A stretch of DNA of 64,000 nucleotides from an uncultured Thermodesulfobacteriota bacterium (GTDB taxonomy: Bacteria; Desulfobacterota; WTBG01; CAIYCZ01; CAIRTM01). The DNA is taken from NCBI GenBank assembly GCA_964621615.1, contig CAZUMW010000001.1, forward strand, positions 28,464 to 92,463. The letters are read 5' to 3'. The position numbers and the translations under genes are program-made. Below, piece after piece: positions 39,221 to 50,197 of the stretch; position 1 is the stretch's first letter; each line of letters begins with the position of its first letter. A model generated the notes under the pieces. That model saw only the letters and a program-made list of their open reading frames with translations, made no database searches and had not been told where the DNA came from.

Positions 39221-41141
39221 ATGCAGCGCCTTTCTGAACGAAGGTCGAACACGCGTCGTTTTCCAGAAAAAGGTGATGCCACAGCTGTACGAAAAAACAG
39301 GTAATCACAAGACCGGAATAGTCAACCTGGCCCTTTTTGCCGGGGGCTGCAAGCATAGTTTCGATATAGCGGGGGTTGAAAATCCCGGCTTTTTTGATTT
39401 GTGCAGGCGAAAGCATATCGCGGAGCATATCCCCTGCGGCTGAGATGAGCACAGAAGCGGGCGGCTGCAGGGGCTGCTTTCTGCGCGTGCACACACCGTC
39501 AGGAAGAAGGCGGCGCATGCTTTTTTTGAGGATGTATTTTTCGGTAAGGCCGCGGATTTTGACGTGGTGGGGCAGCGTAAAGAAAAAATCAACCAGCTCG
39601 TGGTCAAGAAAAAGCGGCCGCATTTCAACCCCGTTTGCCATGCTCATTTTGTCAGAAAGCGGCAGCGTAAGATTTAAAAGACGCATTTTAGTGTCTATAT
39701 ACAGGGCCTGGTCTATGAGGGGGCGGCATGCGCACCTGCTCAGGTCAAAGAAAAACGGGCTGCTGCCTGCAGAATGAGCGTGCATAGCTGCATCATAAAA
39801 ATCAGACGTCAGCAGCTGGCTTTTTTGCTGAAAAGCCTGAAAGCGGTATGGGACGGCAGGGTGTGAAACCGGAAACGCGCTGCCGGATTGCTTGAGGCGC
39901 TCATACAGCGCCTCCGCATCTCGCGGTGTGTTAATAAACGGAAACAGAGACTGCAGTATGTTTTTTCGGAACAGGCTCTCTGTTTTTTTTATAAAATCCA
40001 TAGCCTTGATGATTTTGAAATACCGATAGCCGCCGATGGTTTCATCTGCCCCGTCCCCGGAAAGCACGACGCGGATGCCCAGCTCGCGGGCCTTTTTTGA
40101 GAGCAGAAACAGGGGCAAATTCAGCAGGGATACCAGCGGGTTCTCAAGGTGATAGACAAGCCGGGAAATGTCATCGCGGCCTATGGTGCAGGGGAACTCG
40201 ATATTGTTTGTGTTGAACAATGAGGCAACCTGCCGCGAATATGCGGTTTCATCATAATCTGCTCCCGCAAAGGTGATCGTAAGCGCAGTGACCGGATCGT
40301 CGCGCAGGCCAGAGTACAGCCCTGTTATGACGCTCGAGTCAATACCGCCGCTTAAATAGGCAGCAACCGGCACATCTGAGACAAGGCTGTTTTGAACGGC
40401 GCGGGTGACTGCATCCCGGGTTTTCTCCGCAAGCTCGTTATCGTCCTCGGTGCTGATTGGGGCCTCAAGATTGATGTCCCAGTATTCAACGGTTTTTTCG
40501 CCGCCCGGGGTTTTTTTAAGCCAGTGTCCGGGAAGCAGCTGATCTATTGAGTCAAAAAATGTGTGCGGCGCGGGGTTGAAGCCGTAGGTTAACAGGTGGT
40601 CGACAGCTTGTGGGTTGAGCCGGCGGGGGACCTTGGGATGCTGCAGCAGCGATTTTATTTCGGACGCAAAAAGGAACGTCCCGTCCGGCAGGCAGGTTGT
40701 ATAGACCGGCTTGATGCCGAACCGGTCACGCGCAAGAAACAGCTCCCGGCTTCGGGTGTTCCAGATTGCAAAGGCAAACATCCCGCGAAAGCGCTCAAGG
40801 CAGGAGGGGCCCCAGGTGACATAGGCGGCCAGCACCACCTCGGTATCCGTGCCGGTGGAGAATGCATAGCTGCGCCCTGCGAGGTGCTCTCTGATCTCGC
40901 GGTAATTGTACAGCTCTCCGTTATATACGATGCAGTGGGATCGGTCAGGTGAATAAATGGGCTGCGCACCTTCCTGGAGATCGATGATGCGCAGCCTGCG
41001 CGCGGCCAGGTGGATGGACGGGTCGATATGGAAGCCTTCCTGGTCCGGCCCGCGGTGTTCAAGCGCCGCCGACATATGTGTAATGAGCCGTGCGTCGGTA
41101 TCCAGTCCGTTTTTGTTATATATGCCTGCGATTCCACACAT
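39204..41141 (-). CDS. asparagine synthetase B-like glutamine-hydrolysing amidotransferase (class II GATase + PP-loop ATP pyrophosphatase)
   Basis: N-terminal MCGIAGI nucleophile. PP-loop SGGIDSS. Its 3' end overlaps the start of 35021..39220 by 17 nt. Confidence 0.8.
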   Translation of the reverse strand: MCGIAGIYNKNGLDTDARLITHMSAALEHRGPDQEGFHIDPSIHLAARRLRIIDLQEGAQPIYSPDRSHCIVYNGELYNYREIREHLAGRSYAFSTGTDTEVVLAAYVTWGPSCLERFRGMFAFAIWNTRSRELFLARDRFGIKPVYTTCLPDGTFLFASEIKSLLQHPKVPRRLNPQAVDHLLTYGFNPAPHTFFDSIDQLLPGHWLKKTPGGEKTVEYWDINLEAPISTEDDNELAEKTRDAVTRAVQNSLVSDVPVAAYLSGGIDSSVITGLYSGLRDDPVTALTITFAGADYDETAYSRQVASLFNTNNIEFPCTIGRDDISRLVYHLENPLVSLLNLPLFLLSKKARELGIRVVLSGDGADETIGGYRYFKIIKAMDFIKKTESLFRKNILQSLFPFINTPRDAEALYERLKQSGSAFPVSHPAVPYRFQAFQQKSQLLTSDFYDAAMHAHSAGSSPFFFDLSRCACRPLIDQALYIDTKMRLLNLTLPLSDKMSMANGVEMRPLFLDHELVDFFFTLPHHVKIRGLTEKYILKKSMRRLLPDGVCTRRKQPLQPPASVLISAAGDMLRDMLSPAQIKKAGIFNPRYIETMLAAPGKKGQVDYSGLVITCFFVQLWHHLFLENDACSTFVQKGAAYVSGN

Positions 41142-41357
41142 ACGAACAAATCTGCAACAGGTGAGCGGTAATGTATATTAATGGTAACGGGTCTGTCAGG
41201 ATGCTGACGTCTTAGAATCGTTCAGAACGGCAGGGGCAGTCCCTGTGGGATGAAAGTATAGGTAAATGCACGGGGGGTGTCAAGCGCTTGTGTACAACAA
41301 AAAAGCCCTGCAGAAATACTGCAGGGCTTTTTTGCATATTTATGCGGCCCGCATACA

Positions 41358-42911
41358 TTACACGGGGATGTTGCCGTGGCGTTTGGCCGGCCTGGTCTCC
41401 CGCTTGTTTTTGATTGCATCAAGCGACCGGGACAGAATTTTACGCGTTTCCGAGGGAAGAATAATGTCGTCCACATAGCCCCTTGATGCCGCGATATAGG
41501 GGTTTGAAAAAAGATCCTCGTACTCTTTGATTTTTTCTTCGCGCTTTGCCTTGGGGTCATCGGCTTCCTTGATCTCACGCCGGTGAATGATGTTTGCGGC
41601 ACCTGCTGCGCCCATAACGGCAATTTCAGCGCTGGGCCAGGCATAGACAAAGTCCGCGCCGAGATGCTTGCTGCACATTGCAATGTAGGATCCGCCGTAT
41701 GCTTTGCGGGTGATCAGCGTCATTTTAGGGACAGTTGCCTCGGAGTAGCACCACAGCAGCTTTGCGCCGTGTCTGATGATCCCGCTGAATTCCTGATCGG
41801 TGCCGGGAAGATAGCCGGGCACATCCATTATCGTCAGGAGGGGAATGTTAAACGCATCGCAGAAGCGGATAAACCGGGTTGCCTTATCAGAGGCGTTGAC
41901 ATCCAGGGCGCCGCCCAGATTGGACGGCTGATTGGCAATGATGCCGATAACGTTGCCGTTGAGCCGGGCGAAGCAGATAACCATATTCAGGGCATAATAT
42001 TCATGCGGCTCAAAGAAAACGCCCTTGTCAACGATTCCGGCGATAACCTGCTTTATATCGTAGGGCTGATTGGGATTGTCGGGGATGAGATTTTCCATCT
42101 CCGGCGTTTCGCGGTCGGCGGGATCCCCCGTATCAACGTATGGCGGGTCCTCCATGTTGTTGTTCGGGAGGTAGCTGAGCAGCTCCTTTATCAGATCAAG
42201 GGCATGCTTGTCGTTTTCAGCGGCGAAGTGGGCAACGCCGCTTTTTGTGTTGTGTACCATGGCGCCGCCGAGCTCGTTGTGGGTAACCTCCTCACCGGTA
42301 ACCGCCTGAATAACCTGAGGGCCGGTAATGTACATATAGCTTGAGTTTTTCACCATGACGATCCAGTCGGTCATTGCCGGGGAATACACAGCGCCGCCCG
42401 CTGTCGGGCCCATGATGCAGGTGATCTGCGGAATAACACCGGATGCTGCGGAATTTCTGAAAAAAATTTCACCGAACCCGCACAGGGCATCGATCCCCTC
42501 CTGGATGCGTGCGCCTCCCGAGTCGTTCAGACCGACGCAGGGACATCCGGCTTTCATGGCAAGATCCATGATTTTTGTTATTTTTTTTGCGTGCATTTCA
42601 CCCAGAGATCCGCCGCGGGCTGTGAAATCCTGTGCAAAAATATACACGGTACGGCCGCTTACCTTACCGTATCCGATAATGACGCCGTCTGCGGGAATCT
42701 GGTTTTTTTCCATATTGAAATAGGTGCAGCGGTGCTTTACAAACATGTCTATTTCCTGGAAAGTGCCGGCATCAAAAAAATAGTCTATTCTTTCGCGCGC
42801 GGTCATCTTGCCCTTCGCATGCTGGCTGTCAATGCCTTTCTGGCCGCCCATTGCCTGCAGTTTTTCTTTTGTTTGTTTCAGTTCCTCTATTTTGTCATTA
42901 ATAACACCCAT
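41358..42911 (-). CDS. acyl-CoA carboxyltransferase (methylmalonyl-CoA decarboxylase alpha / propionyl-CoA carboxylase beta family)
   Basis: 517 aa. N-terminal EELKQTKEKLQAMGGQKGIDSQHAKGKMTARERIDYFFD typical of the family. Confidence 0.85.
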   Translation of the reverse strand: MGVINDKIEELKQTKEKLQAMGGQKGIDSQHAKGKMTARERIDYFFDAGTFQEIDMFVKHRCTYFNMEKNQIPADGVIIGYGKVSGRTVYIFAQDFTARGGSLGEMHAKKITKIMDLAMKAGCPCVGLNDSGGARIQEGIDALCGFGEIFFRNSAASGVIPQITCIMGPTAGGAVYSPAMTDWIVMVKNSSYMYITGPQVIQAVTGEEVTHNELGGAMVHNTKSGVAHFAAENDKHALDLIKELLSYLPNNNMEDPPYVDTGDPADRETPEMENLIPDNPNQPYDIKQVIAGIVDKGVFFEPHEYYALNMVICFARLNGNVIGIIANQPSNLGGALDVNASDKATRFIRFCDAFNIPLLTIMDVPGYLPGTDQEFSGIIRHGAKLLWCYSEATVPKMTLITRKAYGGSYIAMCSKHLGADFVYAWPSAEIAVMGAAGAANIIHRREIKEADDPKAKREEKIKEYEDLFSNPYIAASRGYVDDIILPSETRKILSRSLDAIKNKRETRPAKRHGNIPV

Positions 42912-43074
42912 TAACGTCTCCTTTCCTCTAAAGCCGATTTGGTCATTGACTGTGAGTAATATGCGTGGTCAGACTCATTAGTTTATCGTTATTCTGGGTT
43001 TTTTGTCAAGAAAAAGGGACCGGTAAAAGGGGGTCTTCCAGGGAGCGACCCTGTCTCCGGGAGGCCTGATACAG

Positions 43075-44016
43075 CTACTGAAAAGCAGGCGGCGGCGGAT
43101 CAGCATCCGGCTGCTCCCGCAGGGTTTCCTGCTGCTCCCAGTCGAGCAGGCGCTGCCTGGTTTTTCGCTTTTTGTGAACATAGCATACAATAAAAACAAT
43201 GCTTGCCACAAACCACAGAAACCCTGAGCTGGTCAGCAGGGGAATCCAGCTGAAGCGAAGGTGGACATAGCGCAGCCAGCGGTCCTCCATGCGGTGCCAG
43301 CTCATATGGTAGGTGCTTTGAACAGCACGCCCGAAATCACGGTTCCTGCTGTATGAGCCCAGAAAGGCCTTGAACGTATCGGCGCCGAACTCGCCTTTCA
43401 GAAAGGATATAAAATAAAAGCTCTGGCAATACGCGATCCTGGCCTTTCTGAGGTCAACAGGGAATGATTTGGCGATCTCATCCATGGGAAGCAGCGAATC
43501 GGTCAGGGCTGCGAAGGTAAGGGTTGACAGGCGGGAAAGCGTCCACTCGTCGGCGAAAATAATTGCCAGGCCCTCATCGAGCCAGCGCGGAATCCGGTGC
43601 TTTGACCCGAAGGCATGGCCCAGGATAATGTGGCTCAGCTCGTGCCTGAATGTTTTTAGAAGATCGACTCGCTCCTTGTGGAGCAGGATTATGCTGTTGT
43701 GTGCGGGATAGGCTACCCCTATCGCCCAGTCCGGAATGTAGGTTCCCTCAGGCTGAGACCGGTTGAATTGTTCCCGGTTGGAGACAATGGTAACGGAGAC
43801 TCTTGCCGGGAGTGAAAAGCCGGTTATGCTGCAGATACGATCCGCAGCCGGCCGGGCCTGCCTGGCAAGAAACCGGGCTGCTTTTTTTTCTGCCGGGGGG
43901 AAAATAAAGCAAAACGGGCCGGCTTCCAGACGCTGAAGCGAGGCTGCCCGGCAGGGAAAGGTACAGCAGAGAACGAGCAGCACTGTGCCTGTGAATGCGC
44001 GTGTTTTGTTATTCAT
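43075..44016 (-). CDS. secreted/membrane-anchored HExxH zinc metallopeptidase-like protein
   Basis: Signal peptide. HELSHIILGH + downstream Glu (WLDEGLA). C-terminal TM helix then basic tail. Confidence 0.45.
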   Translation of the reverse strand: MNNKTRAFTGTVLLVLCCTFPCRAASLQRLEAGPFCFIFPPAEKKAARFLARQARPAADRICSITGFSLPARVSVTIVSNREQFNRSQPEGTYIPDWAIGVAYPAHNSIILLHKERVDLLKTFRHELSHIILGHAFGSKHRIPRWLDEGLAIIFADEWTLSRLSTLTFAALTDSLLPMDEIAKSFPVDLRKARIAYCQSFYFISFLKGEFGADTFKAFLGSYSRNRDFGRAVQSTYHMSWHRMEDRWLRYVHLRFSWIPLLTSSGFLWFVASIVFIVCYVHKKRKTRQRLLDWEQQETLREQPDADPPPPAFQ

Positions 44017-44423
44017 TACATTTATCCGGAATATGGGTAAGGGGTTCTGCTGAGCATCCTGTCGGCACTTTCCCGGGAATACACAATCACCGCGCCATGG
44101 CTTTTCGCTTATTTTCGCCCGCCGTCCATGGCGGCATCCGGGGGGATCATTTCATGTGACCCTCGTGGTGAAGCTGATCAGATTTTTAAATCCGCTCCAT
44201 ACCATAGAGGTGCCTGTTCAGCAGCCAAAACTCCAGATGAAAAAGCATTAATTTTTTTGACTGCTCCGGGGTTTTGATATAAGGTGATCTCTGTTTACAT
44301 AAGTATACCGCTATTATCACCCGGCCTGCAATGGTATTGTGCCGGGCGGCTATCTTCCTGCGCTGTATGCTTTCCGTATTGCGCAAAGCGTTTTTTTCAG
44401 CACCATATGAGCGGTTGTGATTT

Positions 44424-47084
44424 ATGAGCCAAAAGCCGAAGCTTTTTTTGATAGACGCGAGCTCCTATTTTTATCGGGCATTTTTTGCGCTGCCGCCCCT
44501 GAGCACTGCTTCCGGGTTTCCCACCAATGCGCTGTACGGTTTTATTACCATGCTCAGAAAGCTCATAAACGATCATGCGCCGGAGTATCTTGCAGCCGTT
44601 CTTGACCGCCCCGAGCCCACCTTCCGCCACGAGGCATATGAGCACTATAAAGCCCACCGGGAGGAAATGCCGGATGACCTTGCAGCGCAGCTTCCCTGTA
44701 TGAAAGACGTGCTTCAGGCATTTAATGTTGCAGCGGTAGAAAAGCCGGGCTATGAGGCAGATGACGTTATCGGCACGCTGGCCCTGCAGGCTGCGGCAGA
44801 GGGAGCCGATGTGGTGATTGTGACCGGCGACAAGGATATGTTTCAGCTGGTGAGGCCGGGCATATTCATACTGGATACTCTGAAAAATGCCTTCTATGAC
44901 CGCGAGGCCGTTGTCAGAAAATATGACCTTGAGCCTGACCGCCTGGTCGATATGTTCGGCCTTATGGGAGACGCCTCCGACAATGTGCCCGGCGTGCCCG
45001 GTATCGGGCCGAAGACTGCGGTAGGCCTTCTGAAGCAGTACGGCAGCATTGATAATATTTATTTGCATGTGGAAGAATTAACAAGAAAAAAGCTCAAGCA
45101 GTCCCTGATCGAGAATAAGGGCCAGGCGCTGCTGAGCCGCGACCTGGTCCGGATCGATGCAGGCGTTGCGCTTGACTGCACCTGGAAGGATTTCCGTCTT
45201 GACGGCTGTGATGAGCAGCAGCTCAGGCAGCTGTATAAGCGCTTTGAGTTCACAAGCCTGCTGCGCGAGCTGGGGCCGGGCGAGCAGAAGCAGGCAAACT
45301 ACCGGCTGCTTACCGATATGCAGGATATACAGAATTCTCTTGCTGCATGTGCAGGAAAAAAGCGCTTTGCCGTGGACCTTGAAACCACCTCGGAGCGCCC
45401 TATGGAAGCCGCAATAGTGGGTATTGCGTTGTGCTGTGAGGAGGGCGAGGCGTATTATATTCCTGTGGCACATACAAGGCTTGGTGGCCAGCCGGACCGT
45501 GACGCCGTGCTGTCGCTTCTCAAGCCGCTTCTTGAGGATCCTGCTATAGAAAAAATCTGCCACAACATGAAATATGAATATGTGCTGTTTGCCAGAAACG
45601 GCATTCAGCTGCGCGGCATGGCCTGTGACACCATGGTTGCATCATATGTTCTCAACCCCTCAAAATACCGCCACAGCCTTGACGAGGTCGCCCTCGATCA
45701 CCTGGATTACCGGACCATTTCTTATAAGGATGTGGTCGGGTCCGGCAAGAAGGCGCTTCGGTTCGATGCGGTGCCGATAGAAAAGGCGGTCCGGTATGCC
45801 TGTGAGGATGCCGATATAACAGGGCGGCTTGCGAATCTCCTTCTGCCGAGAATTGACCGTGAGGGGTTCCGGAGGCTGTTTTCCGGCATAGAAATGCCGC
45901 TTGTACCCGTGCTTGCGCAGATGGAAATGCACGGCGTGCGCATCGATACGGGTCAGCTTGCCGAGCTTTCCCGCGAGTTCGCCGGGAAGCTTGCAGTAAT
46001 CGAGCAGGAGATATTTTCCCTGACAGGCGTGACCTTCAATGTGAATTCTCCCAAACAGCTCGGAGAGATACTGTTTGAAAAGCTTCAGCTCCCGGTGGGC
46101 AAGCGAACCAAAACGGGGTATGCCACGGATGTGACCACGCTGACCGGCCTTGCAAAAGTTCATCCGCTGCCGGCGAGGGTGCTTGAGTACCGCAGCCTGG
46201 CAAAGCTTGTGTCAACGTATGTTGACGCCATGCCCGCTTTGATAAACCCCGAGACGGGGCGCATTCACACCTCATACAATCAGACCGTGACCGCAACCGG
46301 GCGGCTGAGCTCAAGCGACCCGAATCTGCAGAATATACCCATCCGCACCGAGGAGGGCATCCGCATCCGCGAGGCTTTTGTCCCGGAGCCGGGATGGAGG
46401 ATGCTTGCAGCCGATTACTCTCAGATCGAGCTTCGCCTTCTTGCACATCTTTCCGGTGACCGGACGTTGATCGACGCGTTCTTGAACAATGAGGACATAC
46501 ACGCCCGGACTGCAGCCGAGCTGTGGGCGGACGGCGGCCCGGTGAGCTCCGGCATGCGGCGGGATGCAAAAGTGATTAATTTCGGGATTATTTACGGCAT
46601 GAGCGCCTACGGCCTCAGCAACGAGCTGGGTATCGACCAGCAGACCGCACAGGAATATATTGATGCCTATTTTGCTCGATACCCGGATGTGCGGCGGTTT
46701 CTTGACAGCATTCTTGAGCAGGCTCGCCGCGAAGGCTATGTGGAAACGCTTATGGGGCGCCGCCGGTATCTTCCTGATATCAATGCGCGAAGCGGTGCCG
46801 CGCGGAAGTTTGCAGAGCGCATGGCAATCAACGCACCTATTCAGGGCGCTGCTGCCGATATGATAAAAATAGCCATGATCCGCATTCACGACGCCCTTGT
46901 CAGCGGCGGCATGCAAAGCCGCATGATCATGCAGGTTCACGACGAGCTTGTTTTTGAAGTGCCCGGGCGCGAGGTGAAAGCGCTGACAGAGCTTGTTCGC
47001 CGGGAGATGGAGGGCGTGGCCGATCTGCATGTACCGCTGACGGTTGATATCAGCACGGGTGATAACTGGCGCCAGGCGCATTAG
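44424..47084 (+). CDS. polA: DNA polymerase I
   Basis: 886 aa. 5'-3' exonuclease N-terminus, 3'-5' exonuclease, and family A polymerase motifs (RRxAKxxNFGxxYG, QVHDELVFE). Confidence 0.95.
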   Translation: MSQKPKLFLIDASSYFYRAFFALPPLSTASGFPTNALYGFITMLRKLINDHAPEYLAAVLDRPEPTFRHEAYEHYKAHREEMPDDLAAQLPCMKDVLQAFNVAAVEKPGYEADDVIGTLALQAAAEGADVVIVTGDKDMFQLVRPGIFILDTLKNAFYDREAVVRKYDLEPDRLVDMFGLMGDASDNVPGVPGIGPKTAVGLLKQYGSIDNIYLHVEELTRKKLKQSLIENKGQALLSRDLVRIDAGVALDCTWKDFRLDGCDEQQLRQLYKRFEFTSLLRELGPGEQKQANYRLLTDMQDIQNSLAACAGKKRFAVDLETTSERPMEAAIVGIALCCEEGEAYYIPVAHTRLGGQPDRDAVLSLLKPLLEDPAIEKICHNMKYEYVLFARNGIQLRGMACDTMVASYVLNPSKYRHSLDEVALDHLDYRTISYKDVVGSGKKALRFDAVPIEKAVRYACEDADITGRLANLLLPRIDREGFRRLFSGIEMPLVPVLAQMEMHGVRIDTGQLAELSREFAGKLAVIEQEIFSLTGVTFNVNSPKQLGEILFEKLQLPVGKRTKTGYATDVTTLTGLAKVHPLPARVLEYRSLAKLVSTYVDAMPALINPETGRIHTSYNQTVTATGRLSSSDPNLQNIPIRTEEGIRIREAFVPEPGWRMLAADYSQIELRLLAHLSGDRTLIDAFLNNEDIHARTAAELWADGGPVSSGMRRDAKVINFGIIYGMSAYGLSNELGIDQQTAQEYIDAYFARYPDVRRFLDSILEQARREGYVETLMGRRRYLPDINARSGAARKFAERMAINAPIQGAAADMIKIAMIRIHDALVSGGMQSRMIMQVHDELVFEVPGREVKALTELVRREMEGVADLHVPLTVDISTGDNWRQAH

Positions 47085-47115
47085 GAAATCTTGTTAGATT
47101 TTGCTGATAGGCTTT

Positions 47116-47883
47116 TTACTCGAAGTCGGCGATAACCGGCGCGTGATCGGAGGGCTTTTTCCCCTTCCGCTCCTCCCTGTCAATTATAATTTCCCGGCAC
47201 CGCTCGGCAAGCGGCTGCGTTGCCAGTATGTGATCAATCCGGAGCCCGTTGTTTTTGGGGAATGCCAGCTGACGGTAATCCCACCATGAGAACGCGCCCC
47301 CCTCAGGATGCCGGCGGGCAAACAGATCGATCAGCCCCCAGTCGCATATGCGCTGCAGGCGGTCGCGAACCGCCGGAACGCACAGCACCGATCCGGACCA
47401 CTGGTCCGGATGTGCCACGTCGGCGTCGGAAAGCGCGACATTGGTATCCCCGCACACCAGAAGAGGTTCGTCGGCTGTGTGCGCCTTTTCAAGATACTGC
47501 CTGAAGCGATCAAGCCAGGTCAGCTTGTACAGAAACTTGTCACTTTCAGTTGTTCCGCCGTTCGGCACATATATGCTGATGACGCGGCTGCTCCCTATTG
47601 AAGCAGCTATGAAACGCGCCTGGCTGTCGCCCTCATTGTCACTAAGGCCTTTTTGCACCTGCGCAGGCGGGGTGCGGCTCAAAACGGCAACGCCGTTGTA
47701 TGTTTTCTGACCGAATACACAGCAATGATAGCCCAGTGACTGCAGATGCTCATATGGGAACGAGCTTTCGCCGGCCTTGAGCTCCTGGAGGCATACAATA
47801 TCGGGCTTCCGGCGCTCAAGCCATCGGCTCACGCGCTCAAGGCGAGCTTTTATGGAGTTGACGTTCCAGGTAGCCACGCGCAT
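47116..47883 (-). CDS. xthA: exodeoxyribonuclease III (AP endonuclease)
   Basis: MRVATWNVNS...CLQELK..., typical ExoIII/EEP family, 255 aa. Confidence 0.9.
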   Translation of the reverse strand: MRVATWNVNSIKARLERVSRWLERRKPDIVCLQELKAGESSFPYEHLQSLGYHCCVFGQKTYNGVAVLSRTPPAQVQKGLSDNEGDSQARFIAASIGSSRVISIYVPNGGTTESDKFLYKLTWLDRFRQYLEKAHTADEPLLVCGDTNVALSDADVAHPDQWSGSVLCVPAVRDRLQRICDWGLIDLFARRHPEGGAFSWWDYRQLAFPKNNGLRIDHILATQPLAERCREIIIDREERKGKKPSDHAPVIADFE

Positions 47884-48010
47884 GGAACCGCTTCCTGATC
47901 GGGATCGTTTCGTGCATACTCCGCACGGCAGTGCGGAGTTAATCGGAATGTATCAAGATAAATAAGAAATGATTGCCGAAACACACCGCAGCGCGCTGCG
48001 GGGAGTATCA

Positions 48011-49996
48011 TTACTGCTGGTTGCTTTTTTTGTCCAGTGCCGCACGAATAGTGTCGGCAAGCTCTGTTCGGCTGAACGGTTTTGTGATAATGGTGCTTAC
48101 ACCGATGTCCCGGGCTTTGCGCATGTCCTCATCGCTTTGAAAGCCCGTGCATATTACCACGGGGATGCCCCGGTGAAGCGTTCGTATGCGGCCGGCAAGC
48201 TCAAAGCCGGTCATGCGGGGCATTGTCTTGTCGCTGATAACAAGGTCATAGGAGTCGGGATCAGCTGAAAATGCCTGCAGGGCTTCCTCGGGAGACTGCA
48301 CTGCCATGACCCTGTAGCCCAGGCTTTTCAGCATTTGTCCGCCCATATCACATACATCAGGCTCATCTTCAACAAAAAGAATGCGCTCGCTGCCGCATGG
48401 GTCACGAGAAGCGTCTTCCTGCGGCAGCTCGCCGGTTATGTCAATCAGGGGCATGTACAGATGAAATGCGGTCCCCGTGCCCGGCTCGCTTTTTACGGTA
48501 ATCGCGCCGTTCAGCGATTTTACAATGCCGTGCACCACAGCAAGGCCCATGCCGGTACCTTCGGCTTTCGGCTTGGTGGTGAAGTATGGCTCAAATATGC
48601 GCTCGACGATGTCGGTGCTCATGCCCGGACCCGTATCGCTGACGACAAGGTGAACGTACCGGCCCGGATCGAGATCGGGAAGAGGTGCTGCCATGCCCCC
48701 GTCGAGCTCGATTTCAAATAGCGATACTTCAAGCGTTCCGCCTGAGCTGTGCATGGCGTGGGAGGCATTGGTGCACAGGTTCATGAGTATCTGGTGGAGC
48801 TGAGTCGGCGCAGCTATAATTATGTCGTGCTTTGCAGTGAGGTTACACCTGATGTCAATAGTTGCCGGGACAGAGGCCCGTATCAGCTTAATGATTTCCT
48901 TGACGATCGGCGTAACGGCAACGGGCTTCATTTCCTCTTCGGTTTGTCTGCTGAAGGTCAGTATCTGCCGCACAAGATCCCGTGCCCGGCTGCTGGCTTT
49001 CAGCACCATGCTCAGATTGTCGTGCTGTTTCGAGTTTGCTGCGGCCTCGGCACGGGCAAGTTCGGTGAATCCCATGACCGCAGAAAGAATATTGTTGAAA
49101 TCATGAGCGATGCCGCCCGCCATGGTCCCGAGCGCCTCCATTTTCTGCGCCTGCCGGAGCTGCTGCTCGAGCCGTGTTTCCCGGGTTGCATCTCTGCCGA
49201 TGGAAACATATCCGGTAATGTTCCCTTCGCTGTCGCGAATGGGCGAAAGCGTTGCTTCAAACTCGATCAGGGCCCCGTCATTTTTGCGGTTTTTCAAACG
49301 GCCGCTCCAGACACAGCCTCGGGAAATAGTTTCCCAGATATGCTGATAAAAACTGTTGCTGTAAATGCCCCTTTCGGTAAAAAAGGGGTTAAGGCCCACG
49401 ACCTCTTCGCGTGTGTATCCCAGAATCTGCGTCATCGCAGGGTTTATATATCCTATTGTGCCGTCGGCGCCCATGATCATTACTGTTTCAGTGGTCTGCT
49501 CGATAGCGGATATCAGGCGGTTATATTTCCGCTCTGCCTGCTTGCGCTCGGTGATATCTCTGATGATTGCGACGGAACCGATCCGTTCCCCGCTTTTATC
49601 GTGCATAAACGTTATATTCAGCTCAACCGGAACCACGCGGCCGTCTTTGCGAAGCACGTAAATGGCCCAGTTTTTTATGTACCCTTTTTCAAAGAGGCTG
49701 TCTATTATGCCTGCGGCTTTTGTCATATACTGGTCGTCTATGTGAACCTGCTCCCCGGAGGCCGTTTCATAGACCCCTTTTTCTAAAACGGAAAAAACGG
49801 AGGGTGTTGCGCCGAGTATCTCCTGCCGGGAATAGCCGAGCAGCCGGTCGAAAGCTGCATTGACACGGGTTATGCACCCTGACATATCGCCGACTACGAT
49901 GCTGTCAAATGAGCTGTCGATAATATTGTCCAGATAATCGCTTATACGGCAGGGGCCATCATGCAGCGGCTGTTTGTTTCCTTTATCAGGTGCCAT
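48011..49996 (-). CDS. PAS-domain sensor hybrid histidine kinase with C-terminal receiver domain
   Basis: Multiple PAS repeats. H-box GGIAHDFNNIL. HATPase G1/G2 motifs. Receiver with ILFVEDE...D...K. Confidence 0.8.
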   Translation of the reverse strand: MAPDKGNKQPLHDGPCRISDYLDNIIDSSFDSIVVGDMSGCITRVNAAFDRLLGYSRQEILGATPSVFSVLEKGVYETASGEQVHIDDQYMTKAAGIIDSLFEKGYIKNWAIYVLRKDGRVVPVELNITFMHDKSGERIGSVAIIRDITERKQAERKYNRLISAIEQTTETVMIMGADGTIGYINPAMTQILGYTREEVVGLNPFFTERGIYSNSFYQHIWETISRGCVWSGRLKNRKNDGALIEFEATLSPIRDSEGNITGYVSIGRDATRETRLEQQLRQAQKMEALGTMAGGIAHDFNNILSAVMGFTELARAEAAANSKQHDNLSMVLKASSRARDLVRQILTFSRQTEEEMKPVAVTPIVKEIIKLIRASVPATIDIRCNLTAKHDIIIAAPTQLHQILMNLCTNASHAMHSSGGTLEVSLFEIELDGGMAAPLPDLDPGRYVHLVVSDTGPGMSTDIVERIFEPYFTTKPKAEGTGMGLAVVHGIVKSLNGAITVKSEPGTGTAFHLYMPLIDITGELPQEDASRDPCGSERILFVEDEPDVCDMGGQMLKSLGYRVMAVQSPEEALQAFSADPDSYDLVISDKTMPRMTGFELAGRIRTLHRGIPVVICTGFQSDEDMRKARDIGVSTIITKPFSRTELADTIRAALDKKSNQQ

Positions 49997-50197
49997 GAAA
50001 TACCATAAGGGTGGTGTGCTTTTTCAAAGGCCCTGCCCGCGCAGTGGGGGGCATCCGGTACTACTTTGTTTTCGGATATAAATGAAATATGTTGAGTTTT
50101 TAAATGTCTGAAATTATTTGACGCATCCAATTGTTTCGTATATATATATCAAACATTCGACATTATCCTTTCTTTTTTTATCCTTGGAAGTTCAGAG

